In this document: piece by piece, positions 26,601 through 38,700 of the stretch | How positions within the stretch are numbered: position 1 is the stretch's first letter | Layout of the letters: each line of letters starts with the position of its first letter | Assembly: GCA_964035545.1 (NCBI GenBank) | Contig: OZ037765.1 | Span: 23,187,504-23,251,503 of the forward strand | Reading direction: 5' to 3' | Origin: Bugula neritina | Lineage: Eukaryota; Animalia; Bryozoa | Length of the DNA stretch: 64,000 nt | The notes under the pieces: model-generated | What the model was told of the DNA's origin: nothing | The model's input: only the letters and a program-made list of their open reading frames with translations | Database searches by the model: none | Program-made: the position numbers and the translations under genes

Positions 26601-29595
26601 TCAATGTACTGTATTCCAACCAAATATAAACAAGATGCTTGCAAGCAAACTTTCCACACTATTCCTTGTAAACATTTGTCCATTTTTCGTTCAGCATATT
26701 GATTGTTTTATTTAGCAACAACACCATAAACAGTAAATATAAACAATATGATTAGCAAAATATTTCACAAATATATAGTGCCTTAAGCATTGTATTCACT
26801 TGCAACTTGACAGCTACTAACAAACCACAGTACGAGTTTCTGACATACAAACATAACTTACAACATGAAGTCTTGGTTCCATGTTGGGTTATTCCCTCTG
26901 ACAGTCACTGTAGTTGACTTAACATTCTGAAGCTTTAAGGAAACGTAACTATTGAACTTGTCTACAAAAAAAACCATCAAAATGAGTTGCTGGTACAAAT
27001 CAACAACAACATTTGATTAATTGCTTTTCAGACAGAACTGAGATTAAAATTAGTTAATAGGAAAATTAGAGCAATTAAAATTTACAAATTCAATTTATTT
27101 TATTGATCATCATAACATTCATAAAATACAAATAGCAATTTTGCTGGTAGGTATGGAAGATGTGGCTTCAGATTGCATCAATAAACAACAGAAACATTAG
27201 TAGTCATTTGAAAATAACAAAATGACATCACTAGCCAACCAAAAATTGACTAGCTGAAAATAACTGGCATAAAACACTTTTCAAACTGGACAAGGCAACA
27301 TGTAAACAATGTTTTTATAATTTGACAAAATCTGAAACTTACCAGCAGGACCGGCTAACTTTGCACTTTTCACTAAAAGATAAATGGGGCAAAATTATAT
27401 TTTATGTAGTAGTATAACAACTTACAAAATCCAAAACAATTTTTTTGCTTACTTGCATAATATTGTGGTTATTTTTAAAAGCTAAGGGCTCAATATTATA
27501 GTAATATACGTAATAGAATTAGAGGAAGGTATTGCATTGCATATCAGATGAAGTATAAAAGATTAATGCTGGCATTGTAATGTAATAAATATGATAGACA
27601 GCTAATCTGTAAACAGAGTAAATAGTTAACGAAAGACTGATATTTGTAATCAATAAAAGATATCACACATCTATTGTGTTGTAAGTAAATACTAAGTAGT
27701 TCAACTATTCATGGACTATACAATTATAACATCAATGAGGACAACTCAAGAGATGCAATCCAACTGCAATCACAAGTACATAGAACTCAAATGCATGACT
27801 CCGAACAGAAAAAATAAAACCCAACATGATTTGAAATCTGTTGAAAATTAAATAAATCTATCATCATCAATTTTAAATCAACACAACTTTTTAGTTACTA
27901 TAAACACTAACATTTTCATCTCATGGTTAAACATCCTAACTTGGGTGAGTTCAGACTTAAACATATTAAAACATATTAAAACCACTCTAAAGCTAAATGT
28001 TTTTCACATAAAATTATTGAAAAAGTTGATTTGTTAAATTGGGAAAGCTTACACCAAAATATATAACTGAACAATGCAATCAGATAATTTGACAGTAATT
28101 TGATTAAGCTTTAATCAAGCATATTGTCATTGAGACATATAAGCCCAACACATTAACTTATAACATGTAAAATTAACTATGTTAATTTGTAATTAAATTT
28201 TCTAAATACAAAATATAGAGAATATAAGCCAATACTGTAAATGTATTAATTTAATTAAAGTGCAGTGTGACACTTATTCAACAAAAATTAATTTAATGCA
28301 CCATGTTACTATGTTTTACAGACATGACATTTGTTGCACAAAAGGAATTACTTACATAAATAATTCAAAAAAACTATAAATATTTACAGGTTTTTTTGTG
28401 AAACTCTCAAAGTTGTATTTGACTTGAAATTTGAACCTTTGCCTTTTGAATAAAATAACCAGAAAATAAAACAACCAAAGCTACAAATCATGCCTATAGT
28501 ATTGAGGAAAAGAAATCAAAACTTAAACACCAGTAGTAAAGTTATAAACAGAAATGAGTTATAAAAAGTTAGTAATTGTGACAGCTAGCTTTTTAGAGAT
28601 AGATTAAATATAGTGATTTAGATAACTTGGCTACTTCAATAACATTTTTAAAGTTATGACTTTAACACCATCAGGATAAGCATTAAGCACCATCCATATC
28701 TACTTTGATTTCTTGAAAGTAAAATACCTACAGTACATGAAAATATACCTACATATATATTTGCACTTATACTGTATAACAGGTAATTTATTGTAATTCA
28801 TAATTAATACTGCATTTGTTGCCTTTAATATGCATTAATGTCTTCAGAACATAATTTTTGTGTTCTTATATAATCCTTCAGGTAGCTTAACAGTTTGATT
28901 ATGAGCAGAGTAAGAGTGATATTTTATAATGAAACTACAGCTTAACATAATGTTAATTTTTCTCTTCAGGTTGAAATTTTGTTTATATTATTTTTCATTA
29001 GGCTTATGTAATAATCTTTGTCACATGTGTCTAACTATATTGTAACACCAACTGTGTAATTACATCTTAGTACAGTTTATAGGATTCAGAATAAGGATTA
29101 GTAGCTTGACAACCACAATCCGGTTGGAACAGTGGACAACTGACAGAATAATTTAATATCGTCTAAACTCTAATTTTAGACAAATGATATTGAAAATTTG
29201 ATTGCCATGATTACAGGTTATTTACAAATAATCTGCAAATTATTTTTAGATGATTCATAATAAATCCCTAACAACATATTGAAGCTAACAACATAGTTAT
29301 ACTGCACCAATAATTAGAAATCCTTTAGGAGCAGCATAGGAGAAATTTTAATAGTCTAAGTTCTTTAATTTGTTTTAAAGAGATTTGGCTGGGGGTAAAA
29401 GTTGAAATTTCTAAAAAAACATAACTTCTCGTCTTATATTTCTCATTTAGAACCCCAACTTTTCTTAATTTCTATGTTATTCAGCATACATCATTCAAAT
29501 TATTAATAACTATACCTGGTTTTATTATAACATAATGATTAGCTAATCGCAAGCTAAATGATTTCATACTTACCAGCAATACACAACAGAGACAT
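383..29595 (-). CDS. UNC13: UNC-13/Munc13 synaptic vesicle priming protein, long C2A-containing isoform; 3' part lies outside the window
   Basis: Phase-consistent GT-AG exons: 29574-29595 (MSLLCIA), 27343-27372, 26862-26961 ([22 protein letters not shown]), 26468-26585, 25628-25751 ([12 protein letters not shown]), 22828-22898, 21975-22005, 20823-21435 (DIDSDYTSD), 18877-18993, 15470-15653 (CaM site [16 protein letters not shown]), 10969-11048, 9317-9404, 5958-6032, 5574-5793 (C1: [32 protein letters not shown]), 4454-4574, 4148-4254, 2949-3090 (C2B: [16 protein letters not shown]), 2766-2807, 2469-2596 or 2026-2156, 579-694 ([16 protein letters not shown]), 383-445. The motifs match Munc13 as recalled. 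Linker exons are less certain than domain exons. Confidence 0.97.
2026..2156 (-). CDS. UNC13: UNC13 C2B exon, variant B (131 nt), paralogous to variant A
   Basis: ttag|G GAT GAA GAT...AAC CTA G|gtatca; encodes (W)[43 protein letters not shown]; open frame and same phases as variant A; not in the ORF track. Confidence 0.9.
2469..2596 (-). CDS. UNC13: UNC13 C2B exon, variant A (128 nt)
   Basis: cag|G GAT GAG GAC...AAT CTA G|gtaggt; encodes (W)[42 protein letters not shown]; phase 2 to 1. Confidence 0.95.
5345..5545. repeat. Minisatellite, 27-bp unit ACTAGATCTATT(A/T)ACTATTGACTAGGT
   Basis: About four near-identical tandem units at 5374-5481 with degenerate flanking copies; just downstream of the C1 exon donor. 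Confidence 0.9.
7367..7518. mobile_element. Palindromic fold-back element / MITE remnant
   Basis: Imperfect inverted arms gagttggggacgactgaatgcag / ctgcaattagtcacctccgactc and ttggagcttgggattcaaa / tttaaatcctcaactccaa; outer ataagca...tgcttat. Confidence 0.6.
8277..8312 (-). CDS. UNC13: Candidate 36-nt UNC13 cassette exon ([12 protein letters not shown])
   Basis: aatag|AAA CCT TTG TCT GGA GCT GCC AGA TTT TCC GAA CTG|gtaagc; symmetric phase 0, same as its host intron. Confidence 0.55.
10200..10370 (+). mobile_element. tRNA-derived SINE, degenerate
   Basis: A-box-like TGGTTTAGAGG and B-box-like GGTTCTAATCT, followed by a body (gatgtcagga..gggcat..gtca..a.tgct) shared with the copy at about 63617. 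Confidence 0.65.
11634..11692. repeat. (TA)n microsatellite
   Basis: Uninterrupted TA run. Confidence 0.98.
12742..14049 (-). CDS. UNC13: Alternative large first coding exon of UNC13 (436 codons), nested in the intron after the CaM-binding exon
   Basis: Long ORF; first ATG in GCCATG context at 14049; in-frame stop upstream; ends GAA AAA|gtaagt in phase 0, matching the phase-0 acceptor of exon 10969-11048. Confidence 0.8.
18325..18695. mobile_element. Possible MITE with short terminal inverted repeats
   Basis: tagacctgtt at the left and aacaggtcta at the right, extendable to cat(a/g)tagacctgtt; TA at both ends. Confidence 0.35.
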
Positions 29596-30899
29596 ATTGA
29601 TAGTAATAAAAAGACTTGTGAGCTTCTACATTTTCTTTCCAGTCAACAGCATTGTATCAAACACTGATCTGCAGCTAAAACAATTAATGATGATAATTAT
29701 AAAATTTATGACAAGTGATGACAGTGATTATAAAATCCATAATGAGTTAAGAATCACTTTTCAACTACAGAATGACTAAACAAGTAAATGGTTAAGTATT
29801 TATCTTAAGTTTAAAGCACTGTAACTAGTGTGACACATAACATAAATTGAAGATGGCACCATGATTGATAATAATTGCCCTTGTAGCAACCACAATTTTG
29901 ATCACACTTGGTAAAACCAAATGTAAATGAATGAAATATGACTAAAATTTGTTAACAAACACAATGCTCAGAGATTACAAATTTATATAAATATATAAAA
30001 TAAAAATGCAAATATTTATTAAAAATAGATGAACAAGGAATATTTTTGTTTACTACTTTATTTATCTGGAAAAAAAGTACTATATTGTATTAATATTATT
30101 ATAACTAAAATTAACACTTATATTCATAGTACTACAGTATAGTCATATTGACCACAGTAATTACAATCAATAGTATGCTGTTTAAAACTAAATCATTGTG
30201 ATAATTTAAATTTTGTTCCAAACTTGATAGTGAAATAATATTAATAGTGAATGTAATAGAATTACTATTATCATTATTATATTCAAAATTTCTTAAAATC
30301 CAGTCACACTGGCCTCATAACAATATTAATACTAAGACTAAGAGTAGGACTACCACCATCACCATGGATATGGCTTACAGAATAAACTTTCAAAATTGTA
30401 CCAAACTAAAACTGTAAAAATTAAATCACTAAAATAAAAATCAAATGCAATAGAGTAAAGTAGTCAGTTGAATGAAGTTGTAGCAGTAGTACAAATATTA
30501 TTAAATTTAATATTATCAATAATTCACTAATCTATTAGCAATAGTATTACTAAGTAAATTAAATCATTACTATTACTAAAAGTATTCAGTATTGCATTTA
30601 CTACAATTCTTTATAACTATAACTAAAAATATAAGTTTAACTACATTAAGCTTGCCATTGTAATTCAACCTTTAATTTTTCAATTATAAGTTTTAGCATA
30701 AATATCAATATAAGCCTACGTCATTTAATTTATTATATAACTATAAAAATAATAAATATAAAAAACCAATAAAATAAGACAATAGTTAAATAAATATTGT
30801 ATTTATTAATTATCATATTTATATTTCATATTCTCACTTCAAGTATCATTGAAAGTTTAATTCTTGAAAGAGTTAATTTTATACAATATGAATAAAATA

Positions 30900-32734
30900 A
30901 AAAATAAAACCAAAGGCAAAGGTATAAAACTAAAAGTGAAACTATAAGTATAACTTATACTTATAGTTTCACTAGTAATACTAATACTAATAGTAATACT
31001 ATAATACTTTAATAGTATTAGTAATAGTTAATAGTTACTAGCAATACTGATAGTTTTACGATTAGCTATACTAATAGTAATAATTGTCTAATACTTATAG
31101 TTATAGTTTTAGTAAAACTAAAAGACAAAGTTATAGCATTATATTTTGATTCACCGCATTTAGCTGTAATTCAATAATCACTATAACTATTAGCATTAGC
31201 ATTACATTTAGTGTTTACTATTTGAGTATCACTATCAGTTTCACTCAAGTATGATTATTCATATTGATATTTATATTGATCTGATAATCATAATCAAGTG
31301 ATGATCATAATCATAATGATATTCTAATTCTTATACTTATCATAATCATTTATCAGTTATACTTATTGACATTAAATTTAATTTTAGTTGATGTTTACTA
31401 AAATACGACAATATCATAAATGTAACTATTGTAAATTCTAGACATAGTGTCTAGTGATAAAGCCAAAACAATACGCTCTGACTCAGGGTCATTAGATAAC
31501 TCTGGTCTGACTGAAAGCCGAAAGGAGACCAGGCAGCTATAGTTTAAATTATAATGTTTTTATATCGTATCATGTATGGATTTTTACCATGACGTCTTCT
31601 ATAATTTCGCTAAAGCCTTATAAAAGTTCCAACAATGATACTATTTTAGAGTGAGAGTTTTAGTTTCAACTTTACTTAATACATTATTATCATCATAATA
31701 TCATTGATCATGCGAAATATAATTTATCACCAGAATTGACTTAAAACTAGGCTTAAAAACTAGCGGTTCGCATTTCGCATGTTTAAAATGATGTCACAAA
31801 ATCCTCTAAATATTAAAACATAAGAGTGCCGAGCATTTAAAGAAAGACATCATTGGAGCAGCCAATTTTCAAACTTCGATAAAGCGCCATTCACAGGCCT
31901 GGCTCACAGTCACAGTCATTCATTCCATAGATTCTATTTTGTGACTTCACGTTAAAATGCAGTAACCAGTAAGAGATTAGTTACACAAATGTTATCGCTG
32001 GTCAAACTGAAAGTACAAATCTCCAATTCTATTCATTCAAAGCATATAATAATAATAATCATAGTCATAAGGATAACGACTAATTCTAAACTCACCATGA
32101 CTCATCAGTCATCATCCAACGGCAACTGTGACACTGTCACACACACTTGAAATAAATATTTTAATTTGCATTATCATTATGGTCTTGATTGAAAATCCGT
32201 TGTCATCATGATTATTATTCATTATCATTATGATTATGTGATTATCATATATTTTATATTCTTATTAATTATTTTAAAATTTTCATAAGAATAACTAAAG
32301 TCTAAACTAGCTCATAACTTTAAGTTATAAGTTATACACTTATACTTATACTGGTTATAGTTATAAGTTAAGTTTATAAATGATAAAGTTCAAGTTGTAA
32401 AGTATAGGTAATGTTATATTAATACTAAATCTAATAGTAATAGTAATACTTATTTATATTAATATTGTCTAAGTGTATAATTAATAGTAATAATAATACT
32501 ATTACTAACCACTTGAAGTTAATTTCATTACAGTCACTTGGCTTTGACAGAAAATTTGTCAAATAATTATAATTAATGCCAGTTTGATTTATATCCTTAA
32601 AACCAATATGTAGCACTAGCTCATTATCCGCATTTAGTTTTGATTATTATTATTAATCAATACCGGTGCGGTTTAATTTATAAATATGCAACACATTTTG
32701 GTTTAGTTACTCGCCGCTCGCTACCAACAACTTC
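30900..32734. promoter_or_regulatory. Divergent UNC13/NCAPG2 5' region, likely containing non-coding UNC13 exons and both promoters
   Basis: Genes are head-to-head; a minus-strand acceptor at 29669-29671 lies upstream of the UNC13 ATG; a minus-strand donor ATG|gtgagt lies at 32095; low-complexity AAT/AGT/GAT arrays. Start sites cannot be placed from sequence alone. Confidence 0.5.
30935..30973. repeat. Perfect 19-bp inverted repeat with 1-nt spacer
   Basis: agtgaaactataagtataa-c-ttatacttatagtttcact. Confidence 0.9.
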
Positions 32735-35700
32735 ATGGAGCAACAGGAAACAATCCAGCTGCAATCAACCAATATGTTTCCAGCCAATTCAGCAGATTCA
32801 GATATTTTGAGTAAATTCTATGATCAGGTATATCTAATTGTATGATATTTTATACTCAATTAATATTTTTATGGTTTAGTAGTGAAACATTTATTTATAC
32901 ATCAGATTGTTAATTGGTTAATTGATTAATTTTTTATATTGTTATGTAGAGTGAAAATGACTTGAAAGAACTTATTGTGACGTTAGAAGAAAGTCAGCAA
33001 AGACAGCTATGGGATGCATTGTCTCTAAAAGTCATTAACGCTGCCATACAGGAAGCAGCTGATCTTGGCGTTGAATCGCCATCTAGTTGCGATGAAAAGG
33101 AAAAAAATGTTGAGGGCATTGTACTATCTTCAAAAATGTTAATTGTTCTTAATTAAAAAAATATTTTTAAACTTCATTATTTTTCAAATTGTTACTTCTT
33201 GGGTTTTCAGGCATCCCTGAAAATTTTGGAGTTGACAATACGTCTTGCACGAGTAACGATATTGCAAAACTGTAGTATACCAAAAAGTCTATTTGATTCA
33301 GTTCTACTTTTGCATGGTAAGTTACCGAAAAAAATTAAAATACTCAACTAACATTTTTCAGTCTTTAGTAAATATGCTAAATTGTTTTGAAAATATCATG
33401 AAATTGTAGAAGATAAAAGAAAAAGATATTGTGGCGAATGCTTATGCTGTTCCATAGTGTTTTAAGATTGTTCACTCTGATGGTTGTAGGCTACGTGTTA
33501 TCAACGGAGAGTCAAATGTTGTGTGAGCCAATTGCTTTACTATGTGAAGCTTGGTGGCTAAATTCAATTGAAGGAAAAGAAGCATTGTCTATAGCTCCAT
33601 TGATGTATCTTATGAGAAAGTGCTTAAATAAACGTCCAGCAAAATCGGTAAGATTTGAACTATTTTCTTTGAATCATTAGTATTCTGAATCATGCTTGCT
33701 ACACAATCATTGCTGTGTAATCCAAACCTTCCATATCTTCTGCTTGCTTTGCAGATAATAAAGCGACTGTGGCGTTTAAAGGAAGCTGTGAGTTTTGTGG
33801 AGATGGAAAGCGGTCAGATAATATGGGATCTCATTCTTAACCTTTTTGCTCATCAAAATTTTATAACAAACAGCTTTGTAAGGCTTTTAATTATACCATT
33901 CTACTACCAAATCAAAATAAATCAATTTATTTGTGGCAGATTTGTAAATAATTCATAGTTTCATTTTTCATTTTAATGTAAATAGGCACACAAGTTTTTG
34001 GCTCATGTATTGGCAACACAGCAGCATTTGCTGAGGAAAATTTATGGCGTTTTGAAGCATACATTGGTGACCTGTACTGGGTAAGTTTATTTATACTATT
34101 ACTGGATTTTGTTACTCTATATGTGAAAGACTTAAATTCTTTTTTCAGACTATATATATAAAAAAAAATTTATTTATATATATTTATATATGGTAGTAAA
34201 GTATTGTTCTCTTTAGAGTTGTCGCAGAAACATATGGGCAAACTGTAATTGATGCTTGGGAGAGATGTGAGAACACTGCCACCAAACTAGTATGTTTCTA
34301 TTGCAAGACTTCTTAATTATTGTAATTGTTTGATTTTCCTAAGTACAATAATTTTTTTTATAATCTGCTGTTGCAAGTAATCTTTCCGTTATTTTCTACT
34401 AAACATTGTCTACTTTTTAAACAAGTCCATTCTGTACTCCTATGTGTCATATAATGTATATAATCAGTTGGTACATGGTAAATACACATTACAGTGTCTT
34501 TTGTGCTTTATTTGTATATATTATATCGTTATTACTGTAGTCTATAGAAGTTGATGTAATACAAGATCTCATGTATAATTGTATACATATACAGAGGAAT
34601 AGTGGAAAATCCCTACACAGTCAGCTGATGAAGGTATCAAAACATGGAATTTTCTTGGAAATATTTGCCACATTTATTGGTTCACATTCAGAGTTTCTGT
34701 TTTTCTTTTAAATCATTTCCTTTTTATCAAAATAGGCTTTAAAAACTGGCAGTATATTGTATCAAAATCATAGGCAATTGTAGTTTCCAACTGAGGTATA
34801 CTTTTTGGTGATAATCTCCATTATTCTGTTGCATGTAGTGCATGTTCAAGATTCACTCTCGAAAATCAAGCACAGCTGTGTGCTCTCTGCTCATCAGCCT
34901 GTATAAGCCAATTCTGTGGAGGGCAATTTGCGCTGCTAATGCAGATGTGCGAGCCAATGCTGCTCAATTGTTCTTTGACTGTTTCCCATTGGTTGATACG
35001 AATCAACCACAACAAGTTTGCGAAGACAGTCTACAGCAGCAATTTAATCTTGTATTTGTAAGTATTATCTCACTAGTATTATTTTACTAAATGATTTGTT
35101 TTCAAACTCTATTAGAAACTAATTTAGAGTTGTCTTCTTTTTTAAAAACTTTGTTCATACGTCTTGTAAAAGCACTATTTTCTCACTATAGTAAAACACA
35201 TAATTTTATAAGCAAAAATTCTATTTCAGTTCCTTACTATATTCGTTGAACAATTGTAAATTGATAATTTAGTAATTTGATTGAACTTTATTCCAATACT
35301 CAGTCTGCTACTTAAGAATGCAATCAGTAATTATATCTGATTATTCTGCACAAATAAAATGACCAAAATGTCAATATTGTTTTTTCATTTCAAATCATAT
35401 TTTTTGACGCTGCTTTTTGTTTGTTTTTAAAAAAACTGGATCCTCAATATAGTATTTTGAAGAAAATGAGTTTATTGAGAAAATTTAATTTGTTATATTT
35501 TAAATTCGCCTAAAAATTGTATAAATGTATCAATGTTTTATTTTCACATTTTGCTTTCATGTTTTTCTAGGTTAGTTTTATTGATATCTTCCACTGTTCC
35601 ATGTTGTAAAATGCCTTGATTACAGGATCTTCTAGAGGATGAAGATCACATAGTGAGACAAGTGGCAGTGACAGGTGTGTGTCAAGTGCTCTTTTCATTC

Positions 35701-38700
35701 ACCCATCAAATACCAGATGAAGTATCTTCAGATTTACTAAACATTCTATTTACTAAACTCGCGTGGGATCAAAGTTCACCTGATATCCGAGTTTCAGTCA
35801 TTGAGGTTTGTTTAAAGTGTTTAAAGCAATTTGGTTGAATACAACATTGGGTCTTTTGCTTTTGGAAATGATATATTATTAGTTATCGGTTGAGAGAAAC
35901 AAGCTTATGATATCTTTTTTAAAACTTGCAGGGTATTTCGAAGCTGCTTGACCATCATAACAATTATTCGGCTTTAACAAAATTGATGCCTTCACTCACC
36001 GACTTGTTACATGACAAATCTGACAAAGTGAGACTCGCTTTTGTTCGACTGTTGCTGAAAATCAAACATATACGTGCTTTCAAGGTTAGTTCATAATTAT
36101 TGCTTTTTTTTATTGTTTCGAGTAATCGTTCTTACTATCAGGTAATCATTGCTACTATCATTATTCTTTTATTCTTATACAAGTATTAAGTAGAAGAGAA
36201 TTCGTGTTTTTATGAGCAAACAATATAAGCACTCAGTTTGAAAGCTTCTCTCTCAAGTTTAACTATTTTTTTAAATATACACATAGCCTAGCTAATATGT
36301 TTTATGCCTAAGTCCGTTAGATTTATATTTAGATTTGGAAAATAATAAGCAAGGAGCACCTGTTTGCCAGACTGGAGATTGATAATATGCCTATATGTCT
36401 GAAGTTGGTGGAACTGACTTACAAATCCTTCATCAATGATGATCTAAATACAAGTGTTCAAGTGGAGAGGTGCATAGAGCTTATTGAATCTGGTTTGGAG
36501 AGAGCAAGAAAGTTTTACCGACATGCTGTAGTTCTAATAAATGTTCAGCAAGCTGGTAAATCGCACTTATATTGAAAATGTATTTTTTAAAGCAATTAGT
36601 GAGCAGCTAAATATGACATACAAACATTACTGCTCCTATCTGTAAAGAATTAAATTTGTTATTATACGTAGCAAGCCATACAACACATGCAGTATATGAG
36701 AAGAAAAATTAAGATTTGCTTTTTGCATTTCCTTCAACTTATAATATTAAAATATTGACCTGTTTACTCAAATAGATTTTTTTTATTGTGCCCTGTTGGC
36801 TAAAATTAATTTGTGTGAAAATATTTTAATGTCAATAATTAATAATTTCAATAGTCTCTGCAGTCTCCCAGACTGTACATGCTGTGTCTTATCTTGTAGT
36901 GAATTACATGCTTCTTCTGAGAAAGTGTATTCTGGCTTGTATCAATAAGCACAAGCAAAGCGAAAAGGAGAATAAAAGACCCTCTCTGTGCACCACTCTC
37001 GCCAATTTGACAATGGCGGCTGCTCAGACAAAGAGGAAAGAATTTGAAAACACTACTCTGTGTGACAGGCAACTGGGTATAAGTAGTAACTTCACAATGA
37101 TAGATAACCAGGTTACCACGTACTCTCTCCCTGAAAAGGTAGGAATTGGGCTTTAGAAAAATACATTCAAATTTTTTTGGCATTTATTTTCATTTTTTTA
37201 TCTCAGCATTGGCAAAGAATTTAAAGCTTTTTGCTTCAATTGTACCCGATTTTGCTGCTAGACTCTCATGTTTTTGGGATCTTGTGAGATCTCCATTCAT
37301 GAGTTAATACTCTAATCATGTTTTAGGGTGGGAGTAATGAAGATGAGGAACAAGTTTTGTCTGTAAATAATACTTTGGTGATGAGAGGTCTAATCGATGT
37401 AATCTGCATTATTTGGGCTGGCTTTAGACAGGAACTTGACAAGGTAGTGATTATTAGTTTACTCATAGGAGTTTAAAGAGAAAGCTTTAACAGTGTTGCT
37501 AGAACTAAAAAGTAAATTTATATCTAATGGGAGTTGCCATTTTCAAAAGACATGCTTCCTGAATTGGTATTGAGAGTTTTAAGTAAAAATTACTAAAATC
37601 TTTGTATTGGCAGCTTTTTGTCTCTTTTTACTGATTGGTTTATGCTAGTGAGATAGTGCCTCCCTTTCAGTTTGCATTTGGGTTTTGAAAAAGTTCAATG
37701 TTACAAAGTATAATCCACTTTGTGTGTTTAGAGCAGCTCACTGCACATTTCAAGTTTGTTGTATCTCTTTTAAATTGTCAGAGTTTTGCGAACAAGTTTA
37801 GTGTTGATTCTCCTCGTACTCTAGTTTTCAGTCAGCATCGGTAGAACTGTTCTTTATACAAGGCCAACTTCACTAGCCATTTGCTTTATTGTCAACCTTC
37901 AGCCAGAATGAATTTTCTCGCATAATTTGCACACTCAGTAGTTTGCCACTTCTAGCTCTGCTGCCAACTTCAGCTTTCTCTACCCTCTTAAACCCGCCAG
38001 GTCACTCAAAAGTCCAACTGAAACTTGTTCTTATCATCGCTGCCTGCAACATTTGTCTTTAATGCTACAGAAAATAATTTCTACTTTTGTTTTCTAGCAC
38101 TCTTCGTGATGAATAATATATTGAATAGTGAATAAACTATAAAGAATAAATGAGACAAAAATTCTGAAATATCTAAAATATCTTTCTGTAAAGTGGGCAC
38201 AGCATGCTGAGCCTGTGTTAGTTTCCAAACCACTTATAAAATAAAAAGACAGCTTTTAATGCTGTTCAGTCCTTGAACTTTCTGCTCTGAATTCTTATCT
38301 ATGTTCTTTTGCAGATTTTCAAGTAGATGTAAACCAATTAGAGTTACTGCTGTTTACACATTGTGTAGTGCTTGGTATTCATGATCCTTTTTTAAATGTT
38401 GTACTATTTGTTATCATAATATATTTAATGGATTCATTACAGACGGCAAATCAGAAATTGAAGCATATACTTGAAGACAAATTTGGTCGAGCTTTGTTGG
38501 AGTTTTTTCCTGTATTCCAGGTACATTGCTAAAACAGATGGGAATTTCAGTAGTTATAAAGTAGAACTTTATATGGCTCATCTCAAAATAATTAGTACAG
38601 TGCAAAATAAGGACAGGTTTTCAAAAATGATGTTGTCTAGCTCTCTGATGCTTCAAATATGTGAACTCACTGTGTCCCAGAATAAAAAACATTTTAATTT

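Noticed and set aside
37731-38400. Exon-like segments in NCAPG2 intron 14
   Set aside because: They contain stops or have incompatible phases; exon 38443-38520 already supplies the expected homologous peptide.
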